NCBI RefSeq assembly: GCF_021869535.1
Contig: NW_026262668.1
Span: 124,186,001 to 124,250,000, forward strand
Origin: Mytilus californianus
Lineage: Eukaryota
Direction of reading: 5' to 3'
DNA length: 64,000 nucleotides
The notes under the pieces are model-generated. The model was not told the origin of the DNA. It did not search any database and was given only the letters and a program-made list of their open reading frames with translations. Shown here in pieces: positions 1 to 13,329 of the stretch; positions within the stretch are counted from its first letter, which is position 1, and each line of letters starts with the position of its first letter. Both the position numbers and the translations under genes were made by a program.

Positions 1-234
1 ACAAATTGAAAAGAGTCATTAATAGTTTAAAAATAATTTGTAGTGTCAAATAATGACCTTGTGGGTATAGCTGTCTTGGCAACTAACTTTGTGAAATCTT
101 TATTTCTTCTTTTTTTCGTAGTCATACAGTAACCTGTGGTTATTCATATCCGTGTCCTTTGGTATTTTGTGGATAGTAGTCCCATTGGCAATCTTAATAT
201 CTCCTAATTAACCACGCTAAAGGGGGGGGGGGGG

Positions 235-450
235 GGGTCAAACCAAAGACTTTATATTTGGTATTTGCTGCTACTTCGTTTCACAATGAGGATTTAGGAG
301 TAAAGACTGGTTGCCACTGAATCTGAACAATGTGACCAAGCAAGGTGACATGCCATCACGAGGACTGACTTGTAAACTAGCTCATTAAGAATCTGGCTCA
401 TTGTGTTCTAGTACAAGGTTCACATTCATTACAAATTAACCTTGTCCTCA
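235..450 (+). mobile_element. Degraded mollusc SINE body (Meta-SINE-like)
   Basis: ggtcaaaccaaagact...ttggtatttgctgct...aaagactggtt. The same motif recurs at about 32905-32950 and 37205-37520. Confidence 0.6.
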
Positions 451-3400
451 GATGCTTTAAAACTAGGATTTGTCATTAAAAGATGAAAACCTGATAGGTT
501 GCTAAGGTTATATTTTGTTTATTAAGCTAGGTTTGATTCTGTATTTTGATAATTGTCTCTATTCCCTGATCAATGCTTATATTTTTTTACTCTGAAAATA
601 TATTTATATTTTAAAAGGGTGTGGCTATAATGACCTTTTTTGGTCATAATTGGAAAACTTATACTAAATAAACAATATATTTCCAAAAAAATTCGGTAAT
701 TTGTTTACTGTGATGATTGTTACAAATGTCAGAAAAGAGGAGAGCTAGTCAAATTTAAAAATAGTAGGAAGATTTGAACAAAGGATTAAACATTGATCTG
801 CTTATATCAAGAACAAATAGGAATGGAATTGTATTTTGGTTTTATGACTTAAATTTTGGTAAGCAGTATGTAATTTTTCATGCAAACTACACACTATATT
901 TCTTTTGTGAAAACAGAAAAAAAGACCAGTAAGTGTTTTGTCAAATTTCTTATTTAAATAATAAATAAGCTCTTTCCTAGTTATGTGTAATACGGTATCT
1001 ATATCAATAAATGTTTTATAAAATTAATATTCATCACAGTATAGGGCATATTTACAAGAAAATACATTTCATTTGGTATGAATAAAAACAGCTATCATGT
1101 GAACTAAAAAAGGGTGATCTTTTGTCACTGAAATGAATGAAAACTATATTGATTTTTAATTGATATTGGGTTTCTTGTATTATGAATTCATTATTTTTAA
1201 GAACTTTTAGAGACAAAAAAATTCTATCATTGATTATCAGTAAAGGTCAAGCCAGGTCAAGGGGATTAGGCAAATTATCACAAATTGATAAAACTTCAAA
1301 AATCACAGCAGGTTAGCATCAATCATTGTGTGTAGAGTACCTTGTAATCAGTTTCTATGGCAACTGCACTCTAAAGATTTTGGAATGATGCATACACACA
1401 AAGATTTGTGGGTATTTTTCCACAGTTAGGTAAACAGTTCATTAATCAAGTTAGTTTGGTTTCTTCCAGGGTCAATATTTGTTTGCAGATTTTTCACACA
1501 AATATTTATACACCCTTTATAGCAAAGGAAAACTGTTACTGTTACATTATTTTGTCAAAGAGAAGAAAAATAGATTTTTTTTTCACTACAGGAAATATTA
1601 TTAGTTAATTCTGCCAATCTTCTAACAAAGAAGAGAAAGAGATTGATTGGTTCAAGTGTGAATTTTAACATCTGGATTAATCTTCATTTCTAGGATGATA
1701 TAAACAGTTAATGGATTAAGATTTTCTTGAACAGAAGAAAATAAATCTAGTTACATGATCGAAAGTAAGTACTTTTATTCTTTATAAACAATTATAGAAT
1801 CTTATCTGGTTATATACAAGAATTTAAAAAAAAAAAATGCAATTAGATAAAGGAATAATTATTTTTTTCTGTTAATAATAATGATAAACACTAGTTGGTC
1901 ATTATAACTTGTGTAAATATTCATAAGATTAGAATACACATTTAAGGCATGTCTCTAAGTGACAATATTTAGAATAGTATCGAACTGAGGCAGGGGATAT
2001 ATTTGTACTTTTACTTTTGGTCATCAGCTATTTGGGCAGAAATTACTTACATGCCATATGATAAAGTTATTTAAACATGGAAAGAGAGTAACTATACCTG
2101 CCATGACATCAAAATTAGATAATTGAAATAAACACATGTGTTTATATGGGGAAACACAAGACTTATTGGTTGACATTAGTTTTAATGGACTTTAAGATAA
2201 TTAGATTGTAGTGTCCTTTCTTAAAGTCTGGTTATAATCAACACATGTCAGTGTAATCTATAACAATGACTGTACAAATTTACCCTGTAGTCTAGATTTA
2301 ACCTCCTTTTGTAGAATTGGTAATTCAGATAGCAGTCAATGGCTTAACAAGTCTATTTTGCTTGACAATAGGTAGAATTTTGTCACATAAAATTGATAAG
2401 TGCCAGAATTATCTGTTTAAGAATGATTTAGAGTGTCAAATAATGACACTGTTCATACATTGTAGCCATCTCTGGCAGCTGACTCTCTGAAATCTGTTTC
2501 ATGGTAATTTCTGTTTATTGTGAATACATGACATATGTAGCTATAATATCTTATATGACTACACACTGGGGATCATTATCTGTTGACTTAATGCTCCATG
2601 ATAACTTTTATGTTAGTTACAGATGCAGATCAAGGATTTTGAAAAAAAGGAGGGGGCTCCAAACTAGGAAACATTAGGAGAGGAACAAGTAAAAAAGTCC
2701 ATGCATTAACCAAATATGTAGCTCCATAAAGGGGGTAGGTCCCTTTGACCCCCTCAATCTGTCTTTGGTCATTTAGTCTGTCAATCTGTTAATCCGGCCA
2801 TTGTTCACAATATAATGCGAGCAACCTTTGTCCTACATATTAAAAAAGGTTCATTTGAGGTGTTTCTAAAGATACTTCAAATTAAGCCTTATATTCACTT
2901 ATCTATTTTCTTATTTATTTGTGTGCATGTAATTTCCACAAAACAAAAAAATCCTGTGGTATATCTTTTTACAGATTTGCTGTAGCTTTTAACTTGTCAG
3001 AGATAAAGAACTAACATATACCGGTAAGCATGACTAGGTCCAAAATCCATTTTAATATATACAATTTTCCCCTTGTTTGCATGCCACGTTTTTATAATGC
3101 TTCACCCAGTGTTACCTTTAGTTTTGGTCAAAATGTGAAATGTATTCAAAGATATCTTCCTCCTCATGTGGAAAAAAAAAGCTTACTGTGCAATAATTTA
3201 GAGATTTTTTGTATATTTATGTTATGCGGTGCCGTATTGACTAAGGATTCTAGAGATAAACCATCTGGTTGAGTGATATTTTCTGACAAGACAAAGACAC
3301 TAAGCATGCTAAGTACATAATTTTACCATACCTGCCCATTTTTTTTTCTCAGAAAAACTTCAGTTTTCAACACTTTTTTTGCAATGCCTGATTATATTCA

Positions 3401-4387
3401 AGCTGCCTTTGTCTGATATTAGGTTGCAGATAAAGTGTTCATTCATGTCATTCTACATCTGACAGAATTACTGACCTATGAATTAGAAAATTTCATGGGA
3501 AGTGTAGTTGCTCACTTCTCCTGTGAAGGATATTTATTTTAAAAGATAATAGAATGGTAACAGTCTGAGCCTCAAGGTTTTATCTGGGTTTGCTTTGATA
3601 TTTCATAGGACAATGTCCTAAATGTATAACAAGTTGACCGCCACTGGAAAATAATGGCATGTGATAGCTGTATGGTCAGTAGAAAATTTAGCCTTTAATT
3701 ATACTAATTACTTAATACTGCATGGATTCTATAACATTTTAGAGAGAATGGCTCTGTCAGTTAGTACCAATTACTAGTGAAGTTATTCTTTTCCAGAATG
3801 GGAAAAACTCGATCACCAATATTTCTTTACCCAAACTTCCCTTTTAGTGAAAATATTTAAAATGAAATGTAAATCGCATGTAATTCAAAGTGTAACCAAA
3901 TACATAAGTTAAATCAGCCATGAAGAGAATGATTAATAGATCAACATTCTATCAGGAGAGATAAACTTCCTCCACCTTGAAATAAATAATTAGAGCAAAG
4001 GGGATCACACATGTAAGATAAGCAAGAAATCTAAATCATTTAGGGGGAACAGAAACTATTGTAACAGGACAGTTGTTTAATATATCAGATTGGAAGTAAA
4101 CATTCACTGTTTAAATAAAAAAACAAAACAGTCAGTAAATGTGTAAGTCAGTATGAACACAAAAATTATATATATAGATAATGAATTCTTACAGAGAATT
4201 ATATAACCTGGTAGGTACACTTATGTACTGCAAAATATACATGTCAATTCCAGATTTATCTTACTTAATGTGAAGATGGCAGTTTCTTGGTATGATGGTG
4301 CAATTAGATAAAAAATAAGAAGAAAAAAAAAGATAATTGCAAAAATAAAAAAGAAGTTGGGAAAATAATATACAATTAACATTGATG

Positions 4388-4675
4388 CTGTCCCATTTTT
4401 GCGCCTGTCCCAAGTCTGACAGTAACCTCTAGCCTTTGTTAGTCTTGTATATTTTTTAAAAATTGGCTGATTTATATATTTCGGAGTTTAGTGTGACGTC
4501 CATTTTCGCTGAACTAGTATACATTATTGTTTAGGGGCCAGCTGAAGCCTGCCTCCGGGTGCAGAATTTTCTCGCTGTATTGAAGACCCATTTGTGGCCT
4601 TGGGCTGTTTTCTGCTCTTTGGTTGGGTTGTTGTCTCTTCAACACATTTCCCGTTTCTATTCTCAATTTTACAAT
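4388..4675. mobile_element. Abundant interspersed repeat (family E)
   Basis: ggggccagctgaag...ccgggtgc...gttgttgtctct...ttctcaatttt. Reverse-complement copies lie at about 46965-47115 and 56487-56635. Confidence 0.75.
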
Positions 4676-4799
4676 TAACAATGCATTGAAGTTGGTTGCA
4701 AAAATATAAATGAAGTATAGGCCTATATCATGTGGACATTCAGTACCATATTGTTTGATAATATGTTTGTCATGAGGTGGATGTGTACATATACTCACC

Positions 4800-5830
4800 A
4801 CTTTGGTTCACTCTTTTGCCATACAGTTAACTTTGCAATGTTTGCTATGAAGGTTGCTTTATCTTGGTTCACTCCTCAAACAAACAGGTTATTTTTGCCA
4901 CTCGTGTGAAGTTTTGATTGACTTGGTTCTGTCCTTTGACATACAGGTAAATTTGCCACTCATTGAAGGTTTGGTTAACATGGTTCTGTCCTTTGACATA
5001 CTGGTAACTTTGTTGTTGTTCTGTCCTTTGCCTTAAAAGTTACTTTGCCACTAATGTTTGCTATGAAGGTTTTGGTATCTTAGTTCACTTTTTTGCCATA
5101 CACAGGTAAAATTGCCACTCATGTAAACTGTAAAGTTTTGTTTATCTTGGTTTACACCATTGCCATACAGACTATGTTTTCCTCTCATGTGAAGGTTTGG
5201 GTGACTTGGTTCTTTTCTTTGACATACAGGTTATTTTTGCCACTCATGTTAAAGTTTGGCTGACTTGGTTCTGTCCTTTTACATACAGGTTGTTTTTACC
5301 TCTCATGTGAAGGTTTGGCTGACTTGGTTCTGTCCTTTGACATACACGTTATTTTTGCCACTCATGTGAAGGTTTGGTTGACTTGGTTCGGTCCTTTTAC
5401 ATACAAGTTATTTTTGCCACTCATGTGAAGGTTTGGTTGACTTTTTTCTGTCTTTTGCCTTACAACTTTGCAATGGTTGCTAGGAAGGTTTGAGTATCTT
5501 TGTTAATTCCTTTGCCTTACAATTAATTTTGTCACTCTTGTGAAGGTTTACTTGATTCTGTCCTATAGCATACCAATAACTTTGCAATGGTTGAGAGGAA
5601 GTTTTGAGTATCATGATTAATTCCTTTGACTTGCAGGTAACTTTGCTATTCTGTTCAGTTGCTATGAATGTTTGGGTGGTTTGGTTTACCCTTTTGCCTT
5701 AGAGGTAACTGCCATTCTTAATGTGAAGTTCTGGATACCTTGGCTCCCAACTTTACCATAACGGTAACTTTGCCACTCTTGTTGTGAAGTTCTGGCTACC
5801 TTGGCTCCCTCCTTTGCCATACCAGTAACT
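4800..5830. repeat. Old degenerate ~60-bp tandem array
   Basis: Recurring ttgccactcatgtgaaggtttggttgacttggttctgtcctttgacatacagg. Confidence 0.8.
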
Positions 5831-6230
5831 TTGCCCTCGTTCGTCTGAACGTCCGTCCGTATGTACATATGTCCGGAAATTGGTTTCCGTTCTCTTACTT
5901 TAGTTTGCCTCAACCAAATGTTATAAAACTTGTACACAATGTTTATTACTACAAAACACAGATCAAGTTTGAATTTGGGTGGCATCACGTTTACTGTTCT
6001 AGAGTTATTCTCCTTTTTAAATGGAAAAATTCTGCGACTCCGTTCTCTAACTTAAGTTTGCCTCAACCAAATGTTATGAAACTTATACACAATGGTTATT
6101 ACCACAAAACTCAGATCAAGTTCAAATTTTGGTGGAGTCACTTTTACCGTTCTTGAGTTATGTCCTTTTATAACTTTATATGCAAGTGGGGGCATCATCT
6201 GTGTCCCATGGACACATTCATTCTCCATTT
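5830..6230 (+). mobile_element. HINE/DINE-1-like element family B, 5'-truncated
   Basis: Similar to 30251-30690; ends in ggggcatca plus the perfect hairpin tgtgtcc-cat-ggacaca. Confidence 0.75.
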
Positions 6231-6868
6231 ATTTGTTCTATTAAGAAGTTCAGTTGACAAAACATAGCATTTTAGCCAGTTCATATCCTGGAGTTGGAGA
6301 GGCCAGCCAGGTATATGTATATCATGGAGTCGGAAAGGCCAGCCAGGTAAATGTATATCATGGAGCTGGAAAGGACTATTGGCTTCATTTAAGTTGTGTA
6401 AACATCAATTACAGATATCTGTAATTAAATGAAACCAGGGGGACAAGACTTTGATGGTTTATATGCCAATTATGTTAGGTTCCTGTCACATTGAAAATGT
6501 TTTAATATAGGTCAGTGTAACAAAAATATACATTGATTTGAAGCAGATTTTGTGATTGCCCTGTCTGTAGGGAAGATGAATATTATTTTAGTTACTCAAT
6601 CAACACCTTTAACCTAACCATCAATAAGTTACCATGGAAACTTATCTGTTTGATCTCTTATGTTAACATTGAAGTAAATAACAGAAACCATCATGTTTTT
6701 GATGGAAGCACCTTTACCCATGATAATGTTTACATGACTAAGTTTTCATTTATCATTGCTTATGATAAAGGAATTCATGGAGTACATATGATTCAGTATG
6801 ATATGAAATAATTTGTTATAGTTAGTATGATGCAAGGGTGGAAAAGATATCACCTGAGGTTCACCGCT

Positions 6869-7018
6869 CAGGCACGTAGCCAGGATTTCTCATATGGATT
6901 ATTTGGGGCTATGAAAACTTACATAGTCAAACTTCAATCTGAATCTTGACTTTAATAACAATATTTTAGGTTTTAAGGTGTTTCCATGTGAACCCCCATT
7001 CCCCCTGGCTACATGTGT
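6869..7018. mobile_element. Short degenerate TIR element
   Basis: caggcacgtagccagg ... cctggctacatgtgt, imperfect inverted ends; no TSD seen. Confidence 0.4.
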
Positions 7019-7590
7019 AACAGCTGGTCCAATGGGAATCAAGATATCATGCTTAACTAAGGCAATATGATAGCTTTCAATAATTTAGGAGGAGCCTTTG
7101 ATTGGGAGGGTCTTTCAGGAATTTGACTTAATTTAGGATAAAGCATGATACATGCAGAATATCAAATTACATTTAATGAAATCATGGTGTAACTGTCCAC
7201 AACTTTTTGAAGTGAAACTCTCGTTTACTGTTTCTCCTCATCCAGGTTGCATGGTGACTATGAATCTGTGGATAGATATAATGAATATTTAGTTTATAAC
7301 ACGATTTGAATGCCTTTAGATGTAAAAGCTTCATATGTATCATTTTGATTCTTATTTATTTTGTATTATAGATACATATATTTCCATCTTATCTGCTGAA
7401 TACATTATGACATATGGTGTGTATAGAGTGTAAGCTGAGCAGTAGATTTGAGAATGGATGTTAGGATTACTTTTGATGTCTAGTGGGACTAATTTAGAAT
7501 GACTTTAAGTGTGTCTGTAAATTAAAGTTTATTACACTTCCTTACTTTGGACACTTAATCTGTTATTTATTTGTAAATTTATCTTTACAG

Positions 7591-7639
7591 AATCGTTTGA
7601 AGATGGCTACACAAGAAGATAGTATTTCATCTTAATTGT
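7591..7639 (+). other. Candidate 5'UTR exon of the FGFRL-like gene, containing a uORF
   Basis: Acceptor tttatctttacAG ends at 7590 and donor GTGAGT starts at 7640. Contains ATG(7603)...TAA(7635), encoding MATQEDSISS. All three frames are closed, so it is not a coding exon. Confidence 0.35.
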
Positions 7640-7699
7640 GTGAGTTTCAATGATAATTTGTCAGATGTTTGTTCTTTTGATACTAGAGTTATCTCCCAT

Positions 7700-8110
7700 T
7701 CTAAAAAAATTAGGATATGTGGTATGAATGCCAATACAACAACTATCCACCAAAGATTATTACAAAAATAAGGAATTGTGGTATAAAAATGCCAATAATA
7801 CAGCTACCCACAAACTACCAAAGATTTTTACATACATAAGGAAATGTGGTATAAATGGCAATAAGACAACTATCCACAAAAGATTATCATAAAAGTAAGG
7901 AGATGTGGTATGAATGCCAATACAACAGCTATCCACCAAAGATTTAAGGAGAAGGATGTAAGCAACTACAGGTCACTACAACATTCAACAGTGAGCTCAT
8001 ACAAGTCCCATAGGATAATGAATTGTCAAACAAATTATCACAAGAGGAAATTAAGACCTTTTAGGGCTTATTTTAAACCAAAAATCAATATCATGACAAA
8101 AGTTAACGAA
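7700..8110 (+). mobile_element. Interspersed repeat family F with a four-fold tandemised head
   Basis: gga(t/a/g)(a/t)tgtggtat...aatg(c/g)caat...ctatccac heads at about 7712, 7772, 7840 and 7899, then the family F body. Confidence 0.7.
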
Positions 8111-8123
8111 CATAAAAAAGAAG

Positions 8124-9239
8124 ATTGAGATGTAATATGAGACCCCTCTCCTCATTCATGTGATTGAGATGTAATATGAGACCCCTCTCTCCTCATTCAT
8201 GTGATTGAGATGTAATATGCTCTCCTCATTCATGTGATTGAGATGTAATATGAGACCCCTCTCTCCTCATTCATGTGATTGAGATGTAATATGAGACCCC
8301 TCTCCTCATTCATGTGATTGAGATGTAATATGAGACCCCTCTGTCCTCATTCATGTGATTGAGATGTAATATGAGACCCCTCTCTCCTCATTCATGTGAT
8401 TGAGATGTAATATGAGACCCCTCTCTCCTCATTCATGTGATTGAGATGTAATATGAGACCCCTCTCTCCTCATTCATGTGATTGAGATGTAATATGAGAC
8501 CCCTCTCCTCATTCATGTGATTGAGATGTAATAGGAGACCCCTCTCTCCTCATTCATGTGATTGAGATGTAATATGAGACCCCTCTCTCCTCATTCATGT
8601 GATTGAGATGTAATATGAGACCCCTCTCTCATTCATGTGATTGAGATGTAATATGAGACCCCTCTCCCCTCATTCATGTGATTGAGATGTAATATGAGAC
8701 CCCTCTCTCCTCATTCATGTGATTGAGATGTAATATGAGACCCCTCTCCTCATTCATGTGATTGAGATGTAATATGAGACCCCTCTCTCCTCATTCATGT
8801 GATTGAGATGTAGTATGCTCTCCTCATTCATGTGATTGAGATCTAATATGAGACCCCTCTCTCCTCATTCATGTGATTGAGATGTAATATGAGACCCCTC
8901 TCCTCATTCATGTGATTTAGATGTAATATGAGACCCCTCTCTCCTCATTCATGTGATTGAGATGTAATATGAGACCCCTCTGTCCTCATTCATGTGATTG
9001 AGATGTAATATGAGACCCCTCTCTCCTCATTCATGTGATTGAGATGTAATATGAGACCCCTCTCTCCTCATTCATGTGATTGAGATGTAATATGAGACCC
9101 CTCTCTCCTCATTCATGTGATTGAGATGTAATATGAGACCCCTCTCTCCTCATTCATGTGATTGAGATGTAATATGAGACCCCTCTCTCCTCATTCATGT
9201 GATTGAGATGTAATATGAGACCCCTCTCCTCATTCATGT
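8124..9239. repeat. 41-bp minisatellite, about 27 copies
   Basis: attgagatgtaatatgagacccctctctcctcattcatgtg, with 39-bp and ~30-bp deletion variants. Confidence 0.97.
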
Positions 9240-9557
9240 CTCCGTGAAGGAAATCTTTACCGTACGTTTTTCAAGTGTTAAGTAAACTTTTTGTTATAGT
9301 AGGCTACCATGATATAAATGCACTTTTGTATGATTATTATTTGATAAACATAATTAGTAATATTTTACTGTGACTGGCTACATGCACTTCCTGTTGATTG
9401 AATCTTTGAGAAGTTTATTTTTTACATAGACAACTTTCAAACCCAATATAAACATTGTGGCAACTCATATTAGACCTTGATAACATATAACATCACTTAC
9501 AGAGGATGGTTGTTTAAGATACAATACCAGAAAGTATTTGTTGATGTTATTACCACC

Positions 9558-9974
9558 TTACCCACAAACATAAGATGTGAGTGAATAGGTCAGGTTTACT
9601 CATTGATTAACTCCATGACATTGTGGTTACCCACAAACATAAGATGTGAGTGAATAGGTCAGGTTTACTCATTGATTAACTCCATGACATTGTGGTTACC
9701 CACAAACATAAGATGTGAGTGAATAGGTCAGGTTTACTCATTGATTAACTCCATGACATTGTGGTTACCCACAAACATAAGATGTGAGTGAATAGGTCAG
9801 GTTTACTCATTGATTAACTCCATGACATTGTGGTTACCCACAAACATAAGATGTGAGTGAATAGGTCAGGTTTACTCATTGATTAACTCCATGACATTGT
9901 GGTTACCCACAAACTTAAGATGTGAGTGAATAGGTCCAGTTTACTCATTGATTAACTCAAGAACATTGTGGTTA
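9558..9974. repeat. 69-bp tandem repeat, 6 near-identical copies
   Basis: cattgattaa recurs at 9601, 9670, 9739 and so on. Confidence 0.97.
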
Positions 9975-11879
9975 AACCTATATTGCAGTATTATGAATTT
10001 TTGATATAAACATAAACTTGGTTCTTCATGGATCAGGAAATAATAAACTAAAAAACTTGGATATATATTGAAATATTAAGTCCAATAGAATCACTATCTA
10101 TATTTTGATATGAAACAAATTATGGTGTTTAGAAATTTGACCAAAGTTTAAGTAGAATATAATTGAAAGTAAGACAAGTTATTTTTTTCTTTGATCCTTC
10201 TACCTTTTTGTTACAATTAATTAAAGATACATCAACACCACATTATTTGGCCTATGTCCAGTTGATCATGTATATGATAAGGAGATGACATGAGCAGATT
10301 ACCCCCTGGCATCTGAAATGTACATCTGCCAGTCTTTGTCTTCAATATAAGAATAATATCTGGGGAAACTTTTAATGTGTACTTTATGTAATTTTGAAAG
10401 CTTAAGGGATTTCTAACTTGCTTAATTAGTTAGATTTCATCCATTTAAATTTCAGATCAGATTGATCACTGACCACAATACAACTTTTTAGGAAATATAC
10501 ATTATAAACTAGAGGATTAAAAGTACAACTTTTGTTAAATATACTTTGAATTAATGCAGAGTACTTCCAGCATTGACTTTGCATTTATCGTCACCAGTTA
10601 TAGAAATATCATTTAGCTACAAACCCTATCCATCCACCATTCAGTACTTTCTTTTGGGAACAGTCTGCCTGGTCTGGTGCAATCCATTTTTCAAATTTTT
10701 AATGCAGGGAGTTTATCTGTTTATTATCTGGGAATAGTGTAATGCCTATATAATGTCACATATATTATTTTTGGAAGTTTTAAGTCATGCATTTGATCAT
10801 TTGGGAATAAAATAATTCATGTGTTAATTTAAGGATGCTTTGAATCTGTATAATTTTGAATTAATTCTGTCTGTGATTTGGTCCTTTAAATTTACTGGAA
10901 TCTGGTATTCTGTAAAAATAAGTGTTATTTTGTTTATTTGTTGAGGAGGCTATTTGCCTTATCTGCTTGACTGCTAACTTGTAAATTGGATTGGCCATTT
11001 CGTATTTTTAGTCCCGAAGATAAGCAATTATCAATAAATTGTATGTACATAAACTAGATATGTGTGGGTTGGATAAATGTTTTATGAAATATTCAAACGA
11101 TTAACACAACATTTTAAATTTGCATTTAATCTGACTTTAAGTTTACATTTTTGGAACTTTTGATTTAAAATATGCTAGGATAATAACCTTGTTTTTTCAG
11201 TGTTATTTAAGGATTTGAAGTTTTATAAAAATGCAAAATTTTAGCCTATTTTGTCCCAAGTATTTTAAAATAAATGTAGGAAGTAAATCTTTTAACTATT
11301 GATGAGAAATTTGATCAGATGAATTTTGTTTATATAATTAGGGATAAATTGCCTTTTACATGAACAAATAAAACAATCAATAAGTTATAACAACTCCTAG
11401 CAGAATGACACCATATAAAGCAATAATTACTTTTTGGTTGGCATTTGGAAGGTGTGCTATGGAGGAAGTTTTACACTGAAAAAAATCATAAATAATACTG
11501 GCAAATTTCCTAGAAATCTAAAACAGTGTTCTAATTGCTATCTCCCTTGTTTAAAGTGCCAATCTGATTACTACTGACTTGGGGAAAATATTGAAATTCC
11601 ATAAAGTCTGTGCTTGGTTGTACATAAAGATAAGTTTGTATCATGGAACTTAGCCAGGTATTGAACTTCATCAAAGTTTAATGTTGTGGGATTGTCCAAC
11701 TTTTATCATGTAAATATTGTAAATTACTGGCAAAGTTCTAAAAAAGGTTCCAGCTGTTTGAAAAACTATTTCAACATGACAGTCACTACTACCTTTCATA
11801 TCCAAATTTAACATCAAGCCAAAACCAAAACAAGCTCTGTGATGGTCTGTAGTAGTCTGTTTTGGTGGAAACTGACCTT

Positions 11880-12580
11880 GAAGTATGAGACTTTGCTGAT
11901 TGTAGATGTCCAAAAAATGAACTGTAGATGTGTGATCTTTTAATGGACCTTGCATTGAATAATGAGACTTTAGCAATTGTAACAGTCTGAACAATGACCT
12001 GTTAATGTGTGGTCTTTTAATGGACCTTGCATTGAATAATGAGACTTTAGCAATTGTAACAGTCTGAACAATGACCTGTAGATGTGTGGTCTTTTAAATA
12101 CCTTACATTGAATAATGAGACTTTAGCAATTGTAAAAGTCTGAACAATGACCTGTTAATGTGTGGTCTTTTAATGGACCTTACATTGAATAATGAGACTT
12201 CAGCAATTGTAACAGTCTGAACAATGACCTGTTAATGTGTGGTCTTTTAATGGACCTTACATTGAATAATGAGACTTTAGCAATTGTAACAGTCTGAACA
12301 ATGACCTGTAGATGTGTGGTCTTTTAATGGACCTTACATTGAATAATGAGACTTTAGCAATTGAAACAGTCTGAACAATGATCTGTAGATGTGTGATCTT
12401 TTAATGGACCTTACATTGAATAATGAGACTTTAGCAATAATGTAAAAGTCTGAACAATGATCTGTAGATGTGTGATCTTTTAATGGACCTTACATTGAAG
12501 TATGAGACTGCCTATGGTAAAAGCCTGAACAGGACCCTGTAGATGTGCTATCTTTTGATGGACCTTACCTTAGAGTATAA
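11880..12580. repeat. 77-bp tandem repeat, about 8-9 copies
   Basis: gtagatgtgtg...ttaatggaccttacattgaataatgagactttagcaattgtaacagtctgaacaatgacct; units start at 11924, 12001, 12078... Confidence 0.95.
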
Positions 12581-12614
12581 GACTAAAGAATTTTTTTTAG
12601 TTGTTTAATGATTG

Positions 12615-12945
12615 TCAATGAGACAACTATCCATGAAGACCAAAATATGAGGATGTAAATGACCATAGCTCACTGTAAGGCATTCAAAATAATAAAAATC
12701 TGAACAGTATAATTTGTTGGCTGTGAAAGGCACCAACATGAACAAATTGTGAAACAGTTCCAAAGAGAAAACCAACAGCCTGATTTATGGGGAAAAAATT
12801 TAATGAAAAACATATACTGCAACATCAAAAGACAACCACTGAATTACAGACTCCTGTCAGGGGACAGGCACTTAAACAATATGTCAGGGCTTACTCTCTC
12901 CATAACCTGGGACAATGATGTAACAGCACAGAACAAACTGTGAAA
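12615..12945 (+). mobile_element. Family F interspersed repeat, degraded
   Basis: caatgagacaactatcca...gacaaccactgaattacagactcctg...gggacaggcac. Confidence 0.7.
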
Positions 12946-13250
12946 TTCACTAAGGCTCAAGTTACAGAATATAGAACTTGATGATTATGTAAGGAAAAAT
13001 GAATTAGAACCAATAAAAATCTTTCTTGGACACATCTTTCTTAGAATATTTTTATATAGCACTAACTTCAGTTAGAATATTTTTATATAGCACTAACTTC
13101 AGCAGAAAAAATTATTTTCAGAAAGAACAAACAATTTGTAAATAACATGTTTTCACTGATGTTTGCAGGTACAATTATTCCATAAGAACACCAATGGTAG
13201 TTTTATAGCCAGCTCTAACATCAACAGGATACCAGTACAGGCATTCCAAC

Positions 13251-13329
13251 ATGGATCTGAAGTTATCTGATCTATACTTGTTTTCTTTGATGGTAATAAT
13301 TAGTTGGACAGGAATTTTATCACAAAAGC
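13251..13329 (+). CDS. FGFRL-like coding exon 1 (signal peptide MDLKLSDLYLFSLMVIISWTGILSQK); whole exon 13169-13329
   Basis: Acceptor tttgcag ends at 13168. ATG at 13251 is in strong Kozak context (CCAACATGG). Hydrophobic core, then donor C|GTAAGT at 13330 (phase 1), which matches the phase-1 start of exon 28636. Confidence 0.8.

Noticed and set aside
4514-4801. ORFs containing (M)GNVSKRQQP... (also 46937-47125 and 56424-56684)
   Set aside because: They are translations of interspersed repeat family E, with different flanks in each copy.
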